Assembly: GCA_963703845.1 (NCBI GenBank)
Contig: CAVPFQ010000025.1
Coordinates: 105,486 to 169,485 of the forward strand
Origin: an uncultured Alphaproteobacteria bacterium
Lineage (GTDB): Bacteria > Pseudomonadota > Alphaproteobacteria > Rhizobiales > Xanthobacteraceae
Length of the DNA: 64,000 nucleotides
Direction: 5' to 3'
A program made the position numbers and the translations under genes. Below, in pieces: positions 30,628 to 42,031 of this stretch. The stretch's first letter is position 1. Every line of letters starts with the position of its first letter. Below the pieces are notes generated by a model that did not search any database, was not told the origin of the DNA, and was given only the letters and a program-made list of their open reading frames with translations.

Positions 30628-31800
30628 ATGTCCGGGATGAAGCTGTTTTCGCCGCTCACGATCCGGGGCGTCGAGCTGAAGAACCGCATCGTGGTGCCGC
30701 CGATGCACCAATATTCGGCCATCAAAGGGTTTCCGACCGACTGGCACCTGATGAATGCCGGCAAATTTGCCGCCGGCGGCGCCGGGCTCGTCGTGGTCGA
30801 ATCGACCAAGGTCGAGCGGCGCGGCTGCGGCACCGTGGGCGATCTCGGGATCTGGGATGACGCCTTTGTCGAGCCGCTCGCGCGGCTGGTAAAATTCATC
30901 AAGCAGCAAAACGCCGTAGCCGGCATCCAGCTCGGCCATTCCGGCCGCAAGGCGCGCGCCAATCGCCCCTGGGAAGGCGACGGGCCGCTGAAACGGACGC
31001 CCGAGATCGACGACTGGGAGGCGTGGTCGCCGGTGGCGCCGAGCGCGATCGCCCATAGCGAGAAATGGCCGGTGCCGCGGGCGCTGGAGCGCTCCGAGGT
31101 GAAGGAGCTGGTGCAGGCCTGGGGGCAGGCGGCGCGCCGCGCCCACGAGGCCGGCTTCGACGTGCTGGAACTGCATGGCGCGCACGGCTATCTCGTGCAC
31201 GAGTTCCTGTCGGAACGCTCCAACCAGCGCAGCGACGAATATGGCGGTTCGGAATCGAACCGGATGCGCTTCATCGCCGAGGTCACCGAAGCCGTGCGCA
31301 CGCACTGGCCCGAGGACAAGCCGCTGTTCGTGCGGCTGTCGGTGCAGGACAATGCCGGATGGGGCCCGGAACAGAGCGCGCGGCTGGGGAAAATCCTGAA
31401 ACCCAAAGGGGTCGACGTGATCGACTGCTCCTCCGGCGGCATCACCGATGCGGCCCCGATCCTGGGCAAGGAGATCAGATACAGCTACCAGGTTCCGTTG
31501 TCGGAATATGTCCGCCGTAACGCCGATATCATGACCATGGCGGTTGGCCTCATCATCCATGGCGACCAGGCCGAGCAGATCCTGCAGGCGGGGCAGGCCG
31601 ATTTGATCGCGGTCGGGCGCGAAATCCTCAATAATCCGAACTGGCCGATGGATGCTGCCCTGAAACTGGGCATTGAGGGCGCATTCCGCGGCGTGCCTCC
31701 GCAGTTCGGCTGGTGGCTCGGCACCCGCGCCAAGCGGGGATTTGGCACAATGCCGTCAACCTGGCAAAACGGCCTCAAAGATACCGGAAAGGTGATGTGA
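30628..31800 (+). CDS. NADH:flavin oxidoreductase (Old Yellow Enzyme, YqjM-like)
   Basis: KNRIVVPPMHQYS, QLGHSGRKA, LHGAHGYLVHEFLS, NQRSDEYGGS..NR. Confidence 0.92.
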   Translation: MSGMKLFSPLTIRGVELKNRIVVPPMHQYSAIKGFPTDWHLMNAGKFAAGGAGLVVVESTKVERRGCGTVGDLGIWDDAFVEPLARLVKFIKQQNAVAGIQLGHSGRKARANRPWEGDGPLKRTPEIDDWEAWSPVAPSAIAHSEKWPVPRALERSEVKELVQAWGQAARRAHEAGFDVLELHGAHGYLVHEFLSERSNQRSDEYGGSESNRMRFIAEVTEAVRTHWPEDKPLFVRLSVQDNAGWGPEQSARLGKILKPKGVDVIDCSSGGITDAAPILGKEIRYSYQVPLSEYVRRNADIMTMAVGLIIHGDQAEQILQAGQADLIAVGREILNNPNWPMDAALKLGIEGAFRGVPPQFGWWLGTRAKRGFGTMPSTWQNGLKDTGKVM

Positions 31801-31898
31801 AAACGGTGTTGTTGAGTTTGTCGGACCGGCCCAGATAAATGCTATCCGGGCGAGGCCGGCAGCCGGTCAAAATCGAAAGCGAGAAGGTCCGCCATCCC

Positions 31899-33233
31899 AT
31901 GCGCAAGAATGTCCTGTTTTTCCTCGGCGCCGCGGCAGGTGCATGCCTGACCCTTCTCGTCACCTCGCCGCATGGCCCGCAATGGACCCAGGCGGCGCGG
32001 GCCGATGGCGGCCCCAACACCTATTCGTCGCTCAATCTGTTCGGCGAGGTGTTCGAGCGGGTCCGCAGCGACTACGTCGAGAAGCCGGACGACAGCAAGC
32101 TGATCGAAGGGGCGATCAACGGCATGGTTTCCTCGCTCGACCCGCATTCGCGCTACATGAACGACAAGGCCTGGCGCGACATGCAGGAGACCACGCAGGG
32201 CGAGTTCGGCGGGCTCGGCATCGAGGTCACCATGGAGAACGGCCTGGTCAAGGTGGTCTCCCCGATGGACGACACGCCGGCGGCGAAGGCCGGCATCCTC
32301 TCGGGCGACCTGATCACGGAGATCGACGGTGACGCCGTTCAGGGGCTGACGCTCGAGCAGGCCGTGAACAAGATGAAGGGTCCGGTCGACAGCAAGACCC
32401 ACCTCAAGATCATGCGCAAGGACGTGGACAAGCCGATCGACGTCACGATCACCCGCGAGATCATCCGGGTGCGTCCGGTCACCTTCCGCACCGAGAGCGG
32501 CGACATCGGTTATATCCGGATCGCCTCGTTCAATGAGCAGACCACCGACGGCCTGAAGAAGGCGATCGCGGAGATTTCGAAACAGATCCCGCAGGACAAG
32601 CTGGCGGGCTACGTCGTCGACCTCCGCAACAATCCCGGCGGCCTGCTCGACCAGGCGGTGTCGGTGTCGAGCGCGTTCCTGGCGCGCGGCGAGGTGGTCT
32701 CGACGCGGGGCCGCACGCCCGAGGAAACCCAGCGTTTCAGCGCCCGCGGCGGCGATCTCACCAAGGGCAAGCCGGTGGTGATGCTGATCAACGGCGGATC
32801 GGCCTCGGCTTCCGAGATCGTGGCCGGCGCACTGCACGATCACAAGCGTGCCACCCTGATCGGCACCCGCTCGTTCGGCAAGGGCTCGGTGCAGACCATC
32901 ATTCCCCTCGGCGCCGGCAACGGCGCGTTGGCGCTGACCACCGCGCGCTATTTCACGCCATCGGGCCATTCGATCCAGGCGCAGGGCATCAAGCCCGATA
33001 TCGAGGTGCTGCAGACGGTGCCCGACGAGCTGAAGGATCGCCCCGAATTGCAGGGCGAGGCGTCGATGCGCGGCCATCTGTCGGCCGAAGGCGCGGAGGC
33101 GACCGGTTCGCAGTCCTACGTTCCGCCGAATGAGAAGGACGATAAGGCGCTGGCGGCGGCCTACAATTTCCTGCGCGGCGTTACCGTCAATGCCGACGTG
33201 CCGTCGCAGCCCAAGGCCGCCGTGCCGAACTAG
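31899..33233 (+). CDS. S41 carboxy-terminal processing protease (CtpA-like)
   Basis: LDPHSRY, PDZ (FGGLGIEV), DLRNNPGG, SASASEIV, SFGKGSVQ. Confidence 0.92.
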   Translation: MRKNVLFFLGAAAGACLTLLVTSPHGPQWTQAARADGGPNTYSSLNLFGEVFERVRSDYVEKPDDSKLIEGAINGMVSSLDPHSRYMNDKAWRDMQETTQGEFGGLGIEVTMENGLVKVVSPMDDTPAAKAGILSGDLITEIDGDAVQGLTLEQAVNKMKGPVDSKTHLKIMRKDVDKPIDVTITREIIRVRPVTFRTESGDIGYIRIASFNEQTTDGLKKAIAEISKQIPQDKLAGYVVDLRNNPGGLLDQAVSVSSAFLARGEVVSTRGRTPEETQRFSARGGDLTKGKPVVMLINGGSASASEIVAGALHDHKRATLIGTRSFGKGSVQTIIPLGAGNGALALTTARYFTPSGHSIQAQGIKPDIEVLQTVPDELKDRPELQGEASMRGHLSAEGAEATGSQSYVPPNEKDDKALAAAYNFLRGVTVNADVPSQPKAAVPN

Positions 33234-35959
33234 ACGCTGGCGCGGCGGGGCCTGCGCTTTCGCGGCGGGGCGAAGTTCGGGGACGGCCCGCGGTGCCCGA
33301 AGCACAGCTCCCTGATCGCGGCCGCCGGTTTCGGCGGGCTGAAGAGATAGCCTTGCATCTCCGAGCAGCCGAGTGCGGCCAGCAATTGCCGCTGCTGCTC
33401 GGTCTCGACGCCCTCCGCCGTCGTCGTCATGTTGCGCTCGGCGGCGATGTTGACCACCGCCTGCACGATGCAGGAGGAGCCGCCGGGCTCGGCGATATCC
33501 TTGACGAAGCAGCGGTCGATCTTGATCTTGTCGAACGGAAAGCGCTGCAGGTAGCTCAGCGAGGAATAGCCGGTGCCGAAATCGTCGAGCGCGATCCGCA
33601 CGCCGATCTGGCGCAGCTGATGCAGGATGGCGAGCGCCGCCTCGTCGTCGCGGATCAATACCGCCTCGGTGATCTCCAGTTCCAGCCGCTCCGCCGGCAG
33701 GCCGGAAGCCGCCAGCGCCGCCACGATCTTCAGCGCCAGCGTGCCGCTCTTGAACTGCACCGGCGAGACGTTGACCGCGATCCTGATGTCGTCGGGCCAG
33801 AGGGCGGCTTCCGTGCAGGCCGTCGTCAGCACCCATTCGCCGAGCGCGTTGATCAGGCCGGTCTCTTCGGCGATCGGGATGAATTCGGCGGGCGAGATCA
33901 TGCCGCGCTCGGGATGACGCCAGCGCAACAGCGCCTCGCAGCCGGTGATCTTGTCGTCGGCGAGGCTGACGCAGGGCTGATAGTAGACCTCCAATGCCTC
34001 CTCGGCGATCGCCTGGCGCAGGTCGGTCTCGAGCTTGCGGCGCGCCTTGATCTGAGCATCCATGTCGGGTTCGAAGAAACGCCAGGTCCGGCGTCCCGCC
34101 GCCTTGGCGGCGTACATCGCCAGATCCGCGTTCTTGAGGATTTGGTCGAGATCGGTGCCGTGGTCGGGCGCCAGCGCAATGCCGATGCTGGCGTCGGTGG
34201 CCAGCTGATGACCCAGGCATTCAAAAGGCTCGCGGATCGCGACGAACACCCGTTCCACGAGATCGGTGACGTCGTCGGAATGCCTGACCGCGGTCTGAAC
34301 GATGGCGAATTCGTCGCCGCCGAGTCGTGCGACGAAGCCGGAAGCGGTCATGCAGCGGGTCAGGCTCGCCGCCACCGCCTTCAGCAATTCATCGCCGATC
34401 AGATGGCCTAGCGAGTCGTTGACGCTCTTGAATTCGTCGATGTCGATATAGTGCACCGCCAGCTGCTCGCCGGGAGCGATGCCTGCCAGTTCCTGCGTGA
34501 GCCGCTCGTGAAACAGGGCGCGGTTCGGCAGATCGGTCAGCGCGTCGTAATGCGCCAGATGGGTGATCTGCGCTTCGGCGCGGGTGCGCTCGGTGATGTC
34601 CTCGTGGGTCGCGACCCATCCGCCGTCCGCCAGCGGTTCGTTGACGATCTGGATCGAACGCCCATCCGGAGTCACGATGGTCATGGCCTGCCGCAGCCCG
34701 ATGTCGCGCAGGATGCGGGCGCAATAGGCGTCGACGTCGTCCGCGAACGATCCGGTGGCCTTGCGATGCGCGATGATCTCGCGGAACGTGCAACCCGGCC
34801 TCACCACTTCCGCCGACAGGCCGTACATTTCGATATAGCGCTGGTTGCAGACGACGAGCCGGTGCGATGAATCAAACAGCAGCAGGCCTTGCGTCATGTT
34901 GTTGACGGCCCTGTCGAGGCGCTGCTTTTCCAGCAGCAAGCGTTGTTCCGCCAACCGGTGCTGGTGCGACAGCTTGCGCACCACGAGGAACAACAACGCC
35001 GCGATCACCATTGCCGAAAGGCCGGCGGCAGCAACCATGAAGCGGATTTGCGCGCGCCAATCCGCCAGCGCCACCGACACCGGCGTGGTCGCGATGACGA
35101 CCAGCGGAAATTCGTCCAACAGGCGCGCCGAACCCAGCCTGTCCACGCCGTCGACCGGACTGATCGAGCGCAGTGTGACGCTCTTGCCGGTGCCGGAGAG
35201 CAGATGTCGGAGCAGCGGGCCGTCGCCGAGATTCTGTCCGATCAAACCGTCGGCATGGGGATAGCGTGCCAGCAGCGTCCCGTCGCGATGCAACATCGAG
35301 ATCGCGGCGTCGTCGCCGAGCGCGAGGCTTGCAAAGAACTGCTCGAAATTGGTCGGCTCGATGCCCCTGCCGATGGCACCGAGGAATTCGCCATGCGGTC
35401 CCGTCATCTTGCGTGCGATCACGGTGGTCCAGACGCCGGTGATCCGGCTGTGCACCGGTTCGACCATCATGCCGGGCGATTGCGGATCATTCTTGAAGGC
35501 CTGGAAATAGGGCCGGTCGGCGACACTGACCGACGGAACCGGCCAGACCGAGGAGGAGTTGATCAGCATCCCGTCGGCGTCGAAAATGTTGATGCCGCCG
35601 ACATAGGACATGGCGCTCAGCTTGGAGCTGAGCATCAGGTGGATGTCGGGGCTCGACATCCGCCGTTTGAAATGTTCCGGAGTGTCGATCGCGCTCGCCC
35701 GCATATAGGCGATCAGGTCGTTCTGCACGGCGCCGAAGTCTTCGAGCTGCTGGTCGAAATGACGCGACAGCAACAACACGGTGTTTTCCAGCTCGCGCTT
35801 GCTGTTGTCGAGCGCGCGGTCGCGCAAACTGCCGGCCATGATCGTGGTGCCGATCACGATCGCGGCGATCAGCAGCCCCCCGCCGACGATGAGCCAGCGG
35901 ATCGGATTGCCGTCCAGGGACGCCTTGACACTGGGGGAGGCGGTGCCGTTTGCCGTCAT
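33230..35959 (-). CDS. Membrane sensor with dCache, PAS, GGDEF and EAL domains
   Basis: TM-Cache-TM, PAS (NMTQGL..FD), HYDALTDLPNR, RLGGDEF, CEALLRW, DDFGTGYSSL. Confidence 0.93.
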   Translation of the reverse strand: MTANGTASPSVKASLDGNPIRWLIVGGGLLIAAIVIGTTIMAGSLRDRALDNSKRELENTVLLLSRHFDQQLEDFGAVQNDLIAYMRASAIDTPEHFKRRMSSPDIHLMLSSKLSAMSYVGGINIFDADGMLINSSSVWPVPSVSVADRPYFQAFKNDPQSPGMMVEPVHSRITGVWTTVIARKMTGPHGEFLGAIGRGIEPTNFEQFFASLALGDDAAISMLHRDGTLLARYPHADGLIGQNLGDGPLLRHLLSGTGKSVTLRSISPVDGVDRLGSARLLDEFPLVVIATTPVSVALADWRAQIRFMVAAAGLSAMVIAALLFLVVRKLSHQHRLAEQRLLLEKQRLDRAVNNMTQGLLLFDSSHRLVVCNQRYIEMYGLSAEVVRPGCTFREIIAHRKATGSFADDVDAYCARILRDIGLRQAMTIVTPDGRSIQIVNEPLADGGWVATHEDITERTRAEAQITHLAHYDALTDLPNRALFHERLTQELAGIAPGEQLAVHYIDIDEFKSVNDSLGHLIGDELLKAVAASLTRCMTASGFVARLGGDEFAIVQTAVRHSDDVTDLVERVFVAIREPFECLGHQLATDASIGIALAPDHGTDLDQILKNADLAMYAAKAAGRRTWRFFEPDMDAQIKARRKLETDLRQAIAEEALEVYYQPCVSLADDKITGCEALLRWRHPERGMISPAEFIPIAEETGLINALGEWVLTTACTEAALWPDDIRIAVNVSPVQFKSGTLALKIVAALAASGLPAERLELEITEAVLIRDDEAALAILHQLRQIGVRIALDDFGTGYSSLSYLQRFPFDKIKIDRCFVKDIAEPGGSSCIVQAVVNIAAERNMTTTAEGVETEQQRQLLAALGCSEMQGYLFSPPKPAAAIRELCFGHRGPSPNFAPPRKRRPRRASV

Positions 35960-36060
35960 CGTTCTGGATCGCTGCCAAGCTTGCATGCCGGCAGCTTCGT
36001 CATGCCCCAGCCCGGCGGAAAGATACGATGCCGAGATGGAAGTGACGTTAGCAAGTGGAG

Positions 36061-36076
36061 TTAATGATGAGTTAAC
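36061..36076. promoter_or_regulatory. CtrA binding site (TTAA-N7-TTAAC)
   Basis: TTAA-tgatgag-TTAAC, also a full match on the minus strand, about 100 nt upstream of the GGDEF/EAL gene. Confidence 0.75.
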
Positions 36077-36106
36077 GCGCTCGACGAGGCGGGCAGGCAG
36101 ACCGGA

Positions 36107-37360
36107 CTAGGCCCGACCGCCTGCTTCGTTCGTGACCCGATTAGTCCTCGACATCGCCACCAGGATGATCGCGGCCACAATGTTGGTGCCGGCGCTGGCC
36201 AGGATCGGCAGCGTATAGGTATGGCTGAGGTCGAAAGCGAAACCGGCGGCGCTCGGGCCGATCAGGGTGCCGAGCGCCACACTGGAATAGAGGATGCCGA
36301 TGATGCCGCTGACATTGCGGCTACCGAATGAATCCATCACCACGGCCGGTAGGATCGCGACCCACCCGCCGTAGAACAAGCCGAAGATCAGCGCGAAGAC
36401 CGTAAGCGACCAGAAGCTCGTCGCGACCACCCAGATGGCGAGTGCGAGCGTCATACCCGAGATCATCAGCAACAGCGAGGACTGGCGGTCGATCCGGTCG
36501 GCAAGGCCGCCCAGCGTGAAGCGCCCGGCGGTAGAGCCGATGCCGATGGTGCTCAGCAGCAACACGGCCGATGCCGGCGCAATGCCGTGGTCCCGCGCGT
36601 AAGGCACCAGATGGACGAACGGAACGAACCCACCGAACGAGGCGATCAGGCAGGCCGCGTACAGGCTGATGAAGCGTGGCGAACGGATCGCCTCGCCGAC
36701 GGTTGCGCCTTCGCGCCGCGCCGGCTGGGCTCCCGACAGTGGCGGATCACCATCGGGACCAAGGCCGCGGTCGCGCGGATCGTTCTCGATCAAAAGCGCC
36801 AGTCCGCCACCGACGACGGCGACCAGCGCGCCGAGCGTGAAATAGGCACCGCGCCATCCGATCGTGTCGATGAGAAGTGTGGCGAAGGGCGGCATCGCCA
36901 GCGTGCCGACGCCGATGCCGCTGACGGCGAGGCCCGAGGCAAATCCGCGCCGACGGAAAAACCAGCGCTGCACCACGCCGATCGCCGGTACATAGGCAAA
37001 GCCGATCCCGACACCGACACCCAGTCCATACGCCGCATAGACCGCCGCGAGACTGCGTGCCGCGCCGGCGGCTGCAAGACCAAGGCCCGTCAGCACCATG
37101 CCGGCAACCACCAGTCGACGCGCGCCGAGCCAATCGGCAAGAGGTCCGCTGACCGCCCCGAGACTGAAATAGAGAAAGCCCGCGAGCGAAAACACCAGCG
37201 ATACCGAGCCGCGCGAGGCGCCGAATTCGCGCTGCAGCGGCTCGACGAATGCCGAGAATGAAAAGGCGCAGCCGAAACCGACGAAGGTCGCGGCGAAGGC
37301 GGCGGCGACGACAAACCAGCCATAGAAGATGCGTGGACTGGGCATGGTCGCGCTGCTCAT
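36107..37360 (-). CDS. MFS transporter (monocarboxylate/OFA-like)
   Basis: FYGWFVV, GPLADWLGARR motif A, RWFFRRRGFASG; about 12 TM. Confidence 0.88.
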   Translation of the reverse strand: MSSATMPSPRIFYGWFVVAAAFAATFVGFGCAFSFSAFVEPLQREFGASRGSVSLVFSLAGFLYFSLGAVSGPLADWLGARRLVVAGMVLTGLGLAAAGAARSLAAVYAAYGLGVGVGIGFAYVPAIGVVQRWFFRRRGFASGLAVSGIGVGTLAMPPFATLLIDTIGWRGAYFTLGALVAVVGGGLALLIENDPRDRGLGPDGDPPLSGAQPARREGATVGEAIRSPRFISLYAACLIASFGGFVPFVHLVPYARDHGIAPASAVLLLSTIGIGSTAGRFTLGGLADRIDRQSSLLLMISGMTLALAIWVVATSFWSLTVFALIFGLFYGGWVAILPAVVMDSFGSRNVSGIIGILYSSVALGTLIGPSAAGFAFDLSHTYTLPILASAGTNIVAAIILVAMSRTNRVTNEAGGRA

Positions 37361-37522
37361 GGCCGACTCCTCCGGGCGCAACACTCGCATAAAGGTTGTA
37401 GTGCTGTCTATTGGCCCGCGCACGACGAACCGAAGGGCCCAAGGGAACCCGGCGCAAGGACGTTGCAGCGAAGATTATCGTTCGCCGGCGCCAATTCCGG
37501 AGCAGGGTGTTCGGATCGTCGC

Positions 37523-38026
37523 TCAGTCACGAGCGCGATAATGCCCGGACTTGCCGCCCTTTTTTTCCACGAGATGAATGGCTTCGATGCGCACGCCGCG
37601 CTCGGCCGCCTTGACCATGTCGTAGATCGTCAGACACGCGACCGACACCGCCGTCAGCGCTTCCATCTCGACGCCGGTCGGACCCGTGACCTTCACTGTG
37701 GCGCGCACGACGCAGCCGGGCAGCTTATTGTCCGCCGTAATATCGAGGCTCACTTTCGACAAGGCCAGCGGATGGCACAGCGGTATCAACTCCGAGGTGC
37801 GCTTTGCGGCCATGATGCCGGCGAGCCGCGCGGTGCCCAGTACATCGCCCTTCCTGGCATTGCCGGAAACGATCAGCTGCAGGGTCGCCTTGCTCATGAC
37901 GACGCGGCCTTCGGCGACGGCGGTGCGTTCGGTGGCGGGCTTGGCCGAGACGTCGACCATCCGTGCCTCACCCTTGGCGTCGATGTGGGTGAGGGCGGGT
38001 TTGCCAGTCGAGGATTTGCGCGCCAT
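37523..38026 (-). CDS. moaC: Cyclic pyranopterin monophosphate synthase
   Basis: [34 protein letters not shown]. Confidence 0.96.
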   Translation of the reverse strand: MARKSSTGKPALTHIDAKGEARMVDVSAKPATERTAVAEGRVVMSKATLQLIVSGNARKGDVLGTARLAGIMAAKRTSELIPLCHPLALSKVSLDITADNKLPGCVVRATVKVTGPTGVEMEALTAVSVACLTIYDMVKAAERGVRIEAIHLVEKKGGKSGHYRARD

Positions 38027-38029
38027 GGG

Positions 38030-38851
38030 TCAGCGCGTACCGGTGGCGCGGGACAAGTCGTCGCGTGCGAGCAGCGCGCGGGTGGCGGCGGCGACATCGG
38101 CCTGCCGCATCAGGCTTTCGCCGACCAGGAAGGTCGACATGCCCACGCGTGCAAGGCGAGCGAGATCGGCAGGCTCGAAAATGCCGCTTTCGCCGACCAT
38201 CAGGCGGTCCCCGGGGATCAGCGGCGCCAGCGCCTCGCTGGCGGCAAGCGTGGTCTCGAAGGTGCGAAGATTGCGGTTATTGACACCGATCATCGGCGAA
38301 CGAAGTTTTAGCGCGCGGTCGAGCTCGGCCCGGTCATGGATCTCGATCAGCACGTCCATGCCCTGCGCTATGGCGGCGTCCTCGATGTCTTTCGCCGCGG
38401 CGTCGTCGAGCGCGGCCATGATGATCAGGATGCAGTCGGCGCCGAAGGCGCGGGCTTCGACCACCTGGTAGGTGTCGTAGATGAAATCCTTGCGTAGCAC
38501 GGGCAATCGCGTCGCCGCGCGCGCCGCCACCATGAAATCGAGATGGCCCTGGAACGAGGGGGTGTCGGTCAACACCGACAGACAAGCGGCCCCGCCGGCC
38601 TCATAGGCCTTCGCCAGCGCCGGCGGATCGAAATCGGCGCGGATCAGCCCCTTCGACGGCGAGGCCTTCTTGACCTCGGCAATCAGGGCATAGTCGCCAC
38701 GGCTGAGCTTCTCGCGGATGGCGCTGACAAAACCGCGCGGCGGGGAAGCGGCGCTGGCGCGGGCTTCAAGGCTCGCCAAGGGCTGCGCGCGCTTGGCCGC
38801 CGCGATCTCCTCGCGCTTGTAGGTCTCGATCTTGGTCAGGATGTCGGACAT
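38030..38851 (-). CDS. trpC: Indole-3-glycerol phosphate synthase
   Basis: [29 protein letters not shown]. Confidence 0.96.
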   Translation of the reverse strand: MSDILTKIETYKREEIAAAKRAQPLASLEARASAASPPRGFVSAIREKLSRGDYALIAEVKKASPSKGLIRADFDPPALAKAYEAGGAACLSVLTDTPSFQGHLDFMVAARAATRLPVLRKDFIYDTYQVVEARAFGADCILIIMAALDDAAAKDIEDAAIAQGMDVLIEIHDRAELDRALKLRSPMIGVNNRNLRTFETTLAASEALAPLIPGDRLMVGESGIFEPADLARLARVGMSTFLVGESLMRQADVAAATRALLARDDLSRATGTR

Positions 38852-38866
38852 CGCATGGCTACCGCG

Positions 38867-39880
38867 TCAGCTGTTCGAGACGGCGATCAGATGCTTCAGG
38901 CGCGCCGCCGCTGCGCCCGTATCAAGCGATTTGGTGCCGAGCGCGACACCTTCCTTCAGGGTTTTGGCGCGTCCGGCCACGACCAGCGCGGCGGCCGCGT
39001 TCAAGAGGGCGACATCGCGAAAAGGGCTCGGCATCCCGTCGAGCACGCTCTGCAAGGCGACCGCGTTGGCGTCGGCATCGCCACCCTTCAGCGCGTCGCC
39101 GCCGACGCGCGACAGGCCGGCTTCCTCCGGCGTCACCTCGAAGGTGCGGATATTGCCGTTCTCGAGTGCGGCGACAAAGGTCGGGCCGGTGAGGGTGATT
39201 TCGTCGAGCCCGTCCGAGCCATGCACCACCCAGACGGATTCGGCGCCGAGGTTTTTCAGCACCTGGGCCAGCGGCTGCACCCATTGCCGCGAAAACACCC
39301 CGACCATTTGGCGGGTGACGCCGGCCGGATTGGACAGCGGCCCCAGAAGATTGAAGATCGTGCGGGTCGCCAGTTCGGCGCGCGTCGGGCCGACGTTTTT
39401 CATGGCGGGATGGTGCGACGGCGCGAACATGAAGCCGATACCGGCTTCATGGACGCAGCGACCGACCTGCTCGGGCTTGATATCGATCTTGACCCCGAGC
39501 GCAGACAACACGTCAGCGGCGCCCGAACGCGACGACAGCGCGCGATTGCCGTGCTTGGCGACGGGAATGCCCGCGCCCGCCACGATAAACGAGGCGCAGG
39601 TCGAAACGTTGACCGAGCCGGAGCCGTCGCCGCCGGTACCGACCACGTCGACCGCGTTCGCAGGCGCCGTGACGCGCAGCATCTTGGCGCGCATCGCGGA
39701 CACCGCGCCGGTGATCTCCTCGACGGTTTCGCCGCGAACCCGAAGTGCCATCAATAGTCCGCCCATCTGCGAGGGCGTGGCCTCGCCGGACATCAGGCTG
39801 TCGAAGGCGGACGCCGCCTCCTCGCGCGACAATGTGGCGCCGGTGGCGACCTTTCCGATGATAGATTTGAGATCATCCAT
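38867..39880 (-). CDS. trpD: Anthranilate phosphoribosyltransferase
   Basis: [18 protein letters not shown]...SSRSG, FNLLGPL.NP, GLDE. Confidence 0.96.
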   Translation of the reverse strand: MDDLKSIIGKVATGATLSREEAASAFDSLMSGEATPSQMGGLLMALRVRGETVEEITGAVSAMRAKMLRVTAPANAVDVVGTGGDGSGSVNVSTCASFIVAGAGIPVAKHGNRALSSRSGAADVLSALGVKIDIKPEQVGRCVHEAGIGFMFAPSHHPAMKNVGPTRAELATRTIFNLLGPLSNPAGVTRQMVGVFSRQWVQPLAQVLKNLGAESVWVVHGSDGLDEITLTGPTFVAALENGNIRTFEVTPEEAGLSRVGGDALKGGDADANAVALQSVLDGMPSPFRDVALLNAAAALVVAGRAKTLKEGVALGTKSLDTGAAAARLKHLIAVSNS

Positions 39881-39894
39881 CGTGTGCTTTCGAA

Positions 39895-41796
39895 CTAGTT
39901 ATTCACGCCGGTCACCTGCGCCAAGGCGGCCTGGTTGATCGTCGTGCCGATGTCGGATTCAAGCTTGTTGACGTATTGCGCGAGCTGTTCATCGCTCAGT
40001 CCGCGCACGAGGGTTTCCTTCAGCTTCTTGATATCGTCCGAAGCAAAATCGACGGGGGGATCGGTGATGTTGGTAACACGAAAGACCACCCATTCGTTGG
40101 CGCCGCTGCCCGCGGTTTGCCCGACGCCATCCCTGGCGGTGGCAAAAGCCGCGCTGATCGCACCGGAGGGCACGCCGGGCAGCGAGGCATCGCGCCGGAA
40201 ACCGCTGGCAGTTTCGACCTTCAACCCGGCGGCTGCCGCTTCGTCGGCCAGCTTGCCGCCCTGATCGAGCTTTTCGACCATCTCGGTTGCCTTGGTCCTC
40301 AGCCGGCTCGTGATCTCGTCGGCGCGCCAGCGCGCCTCGACCTGGTCCTTGACCTCATCGAGATTGCGCTCGCGCGACGGGGTAATACCGAGGACGTCGT
40401 ACCAGACATAGCCGCCCTTGAACGAAATCGGGTCATTGTCGACGCCGACGTCGCTGTTGAAGGCCTGCGAGACGACGTCGAGGCCGGGGGGGATGTTGGT
40501 GGCGAGCTGACCGCTCGGCAGGCGGCCGGAGCGATCGACGGCGTCGATGGTGACGGCGGCAAGCCCCAGCTTGCTGGCGGCTTCGACGACGCTCGCGCCG
40601 CCGCCGCGCTCGTCCTCCATCTTGTCGCGCAATTCCGCAACCTTTTTGCGCGCGCGCTCGATCGCGATTTCCTTCCTCAGGCTGGCGGCGTAATTCTCAT
40701 AGGCGGGTTCGACGCCGGGCTCGATCTTGCCGACCTTGATGAGCGCCACGCCGAACTTGCCTTGCACCGGCTGGCTGACCTCGCCCGAAGGCAGCGAAAA
40801 GGCCGCGTCCGCGACGGCGGGATCGAGGATGTCGGATTTCGCGACCATGCCGAGGTCGACATCGGAAGCGCTCCGCCCGCGCTCCTTGGCGAGATCGTCG
40901 AATGACAATCCGGAGGCGATGCGGCTCCGCGCCGCGGCGGCCTCGTCCGCGTTCGGAAACACGATCTGCGAAACTTCGCGCTTTTCCGGCCTTCCGAGCT
41001 TGTCGCGACGCTGCTCGAACAGTTTCTTGGCGTCCTCGTCGGAAACCTCCGACCATTTGCCGATCTCTTCCGGCGTCACCACGACGAAGGCGATCTTGCG
41101 ATATTCGGGAGCGCGGAACAGCGTCTTGTGATCGTCGAAATAGCCCGCCAGCGCTTCCGGCGACGGCGGATCGATGGTGCCGGCCTGCGCGGCGTCGAGC
41201 TTGACGTATTCGATGGAGCGCTGTTCGTTCTGGAAGCGGCTGAGCGCCTCGATCATCGTCTTCGGCGGTTCCGTGCCCGCCGAGATGGCGCCCGCGATCT
41301 GCCGCCGCAACGATACCCGCCGCTGGTCGGCGATGTAGCGCTGCTCGGTGAAGCCGAATTGCCGGATCACCGACTGGAAGCGGGCCGGATCGAATGTGCC
41401 GCCGACACTCTTGAAATTGGGATCGGACAGGATTGTGCGCATGGTCTCGGCGTCGGATTGTCCGAGCCCGAGCCGGCGCGCTTTCTCGTCAAGCGCTGCT
41501 TCCGCGATGGTCTGCTGCAGCACCTGACGGTCAAGGCCGAAGGCGCGGGCCTGATCGGGGGTCAGTGGACGGCCGAATTGACGGCTGATCTGCTGCAGCT
41601 TGTCGGTATAGAGCTGGCGGAACTCGTTGACCGAGATCTCGGTGCGGCCGATGGTGGCGAGCGTCGATTGACCGTATCCCCTGAAGATGTCGGCGATGCC
41701 CCAGAACCCGAAACTGACAATCAAGACGCCCATCACCAAGGCCATAATGGTCTTGCCGAGCCAGTTTGATGAGGCTTTCCGCATTCCTCGAAGCAT
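39895..41796 (-). CDS. ppiD: SurA-N/parvulin peptidyl-prolyl isomerase (PpiD-like)
   Basis: N-terminal TM anchor, SurA_N region, rotamase-like segment (FDDLAKE...DLG...AFSL). Confidence 0.82.
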   Translation of the reverse strand: MLRGMRKASSNWLGKTIMALVMGVLIVSFGFWGIADIFRGYGQSTLATIGRTEISVNEFRQLYTDKLQQISRQFGRPLTPDQARAFGLDRQVLQQTIAEAALDEKARRLGLGQSDAETMRTILSDPNFKSVGGTFDPARFQSVIRQFGFTEQRYIADQRRVSLRRQIAGAISAGTEPPKTMIEALSRFQNEQRSIEYVKLDAAQAGTIDPPSPEALAGYFDDHKTLFRAPEYRKIAFVVVTPEEIGKWSEVSDEDAKKLFEQRRDKLGRPEKREVSQIVFPNADEAAAARSRIASGLSFDDLAKERGRSASDVDLGMVAKSDILDPAVADAAFSLPSGEVSQPVQGKFGVALIKVGKIEPGVEPAYENYAASLRKEIAIERARKKVAELRDKMEDERGGGASVVEAASKLGLAAVTIDAVDRSGRLPSGQLATNIPPGLDVVSQAFNSDVGVDNDPISFKGGYVWYDVLGITPSRERNLDEVKDQVEARWRADEITSRLRTKATEMVEKLDQGGKLADEAAAAGLKVETASGFRRDASLPGVPSGAISAAFATARDGVGQTAGSGANEWVVFRVTNITDPPVDFASDDIKKLKETLVRGLSDEQLAQYVNKLESDIGTTINQAALAQVTGVNN

Positions 41797-42031
41797 GGGT
41801 CCAACTTATTTGCAGGAGGGAGCCGGGTCGTGCCCAAGGGAAGTTCGGGTTCGAATTCCGCAAAAGGGCGTCACCGGGCTGGTTACGCATCATAAAGTGG
41901 CAAAGGCGGCGTCGCAACCATGGTGGCGACGGCGAATTGAAGCGGTTAACGCCGCGGATGCGGCAGCTGGAACTGATTGCGCCGCTCTGCTAGCGCATTC
42001 GTGACCGACTATTCCGTGAGGGGAAATCCAA

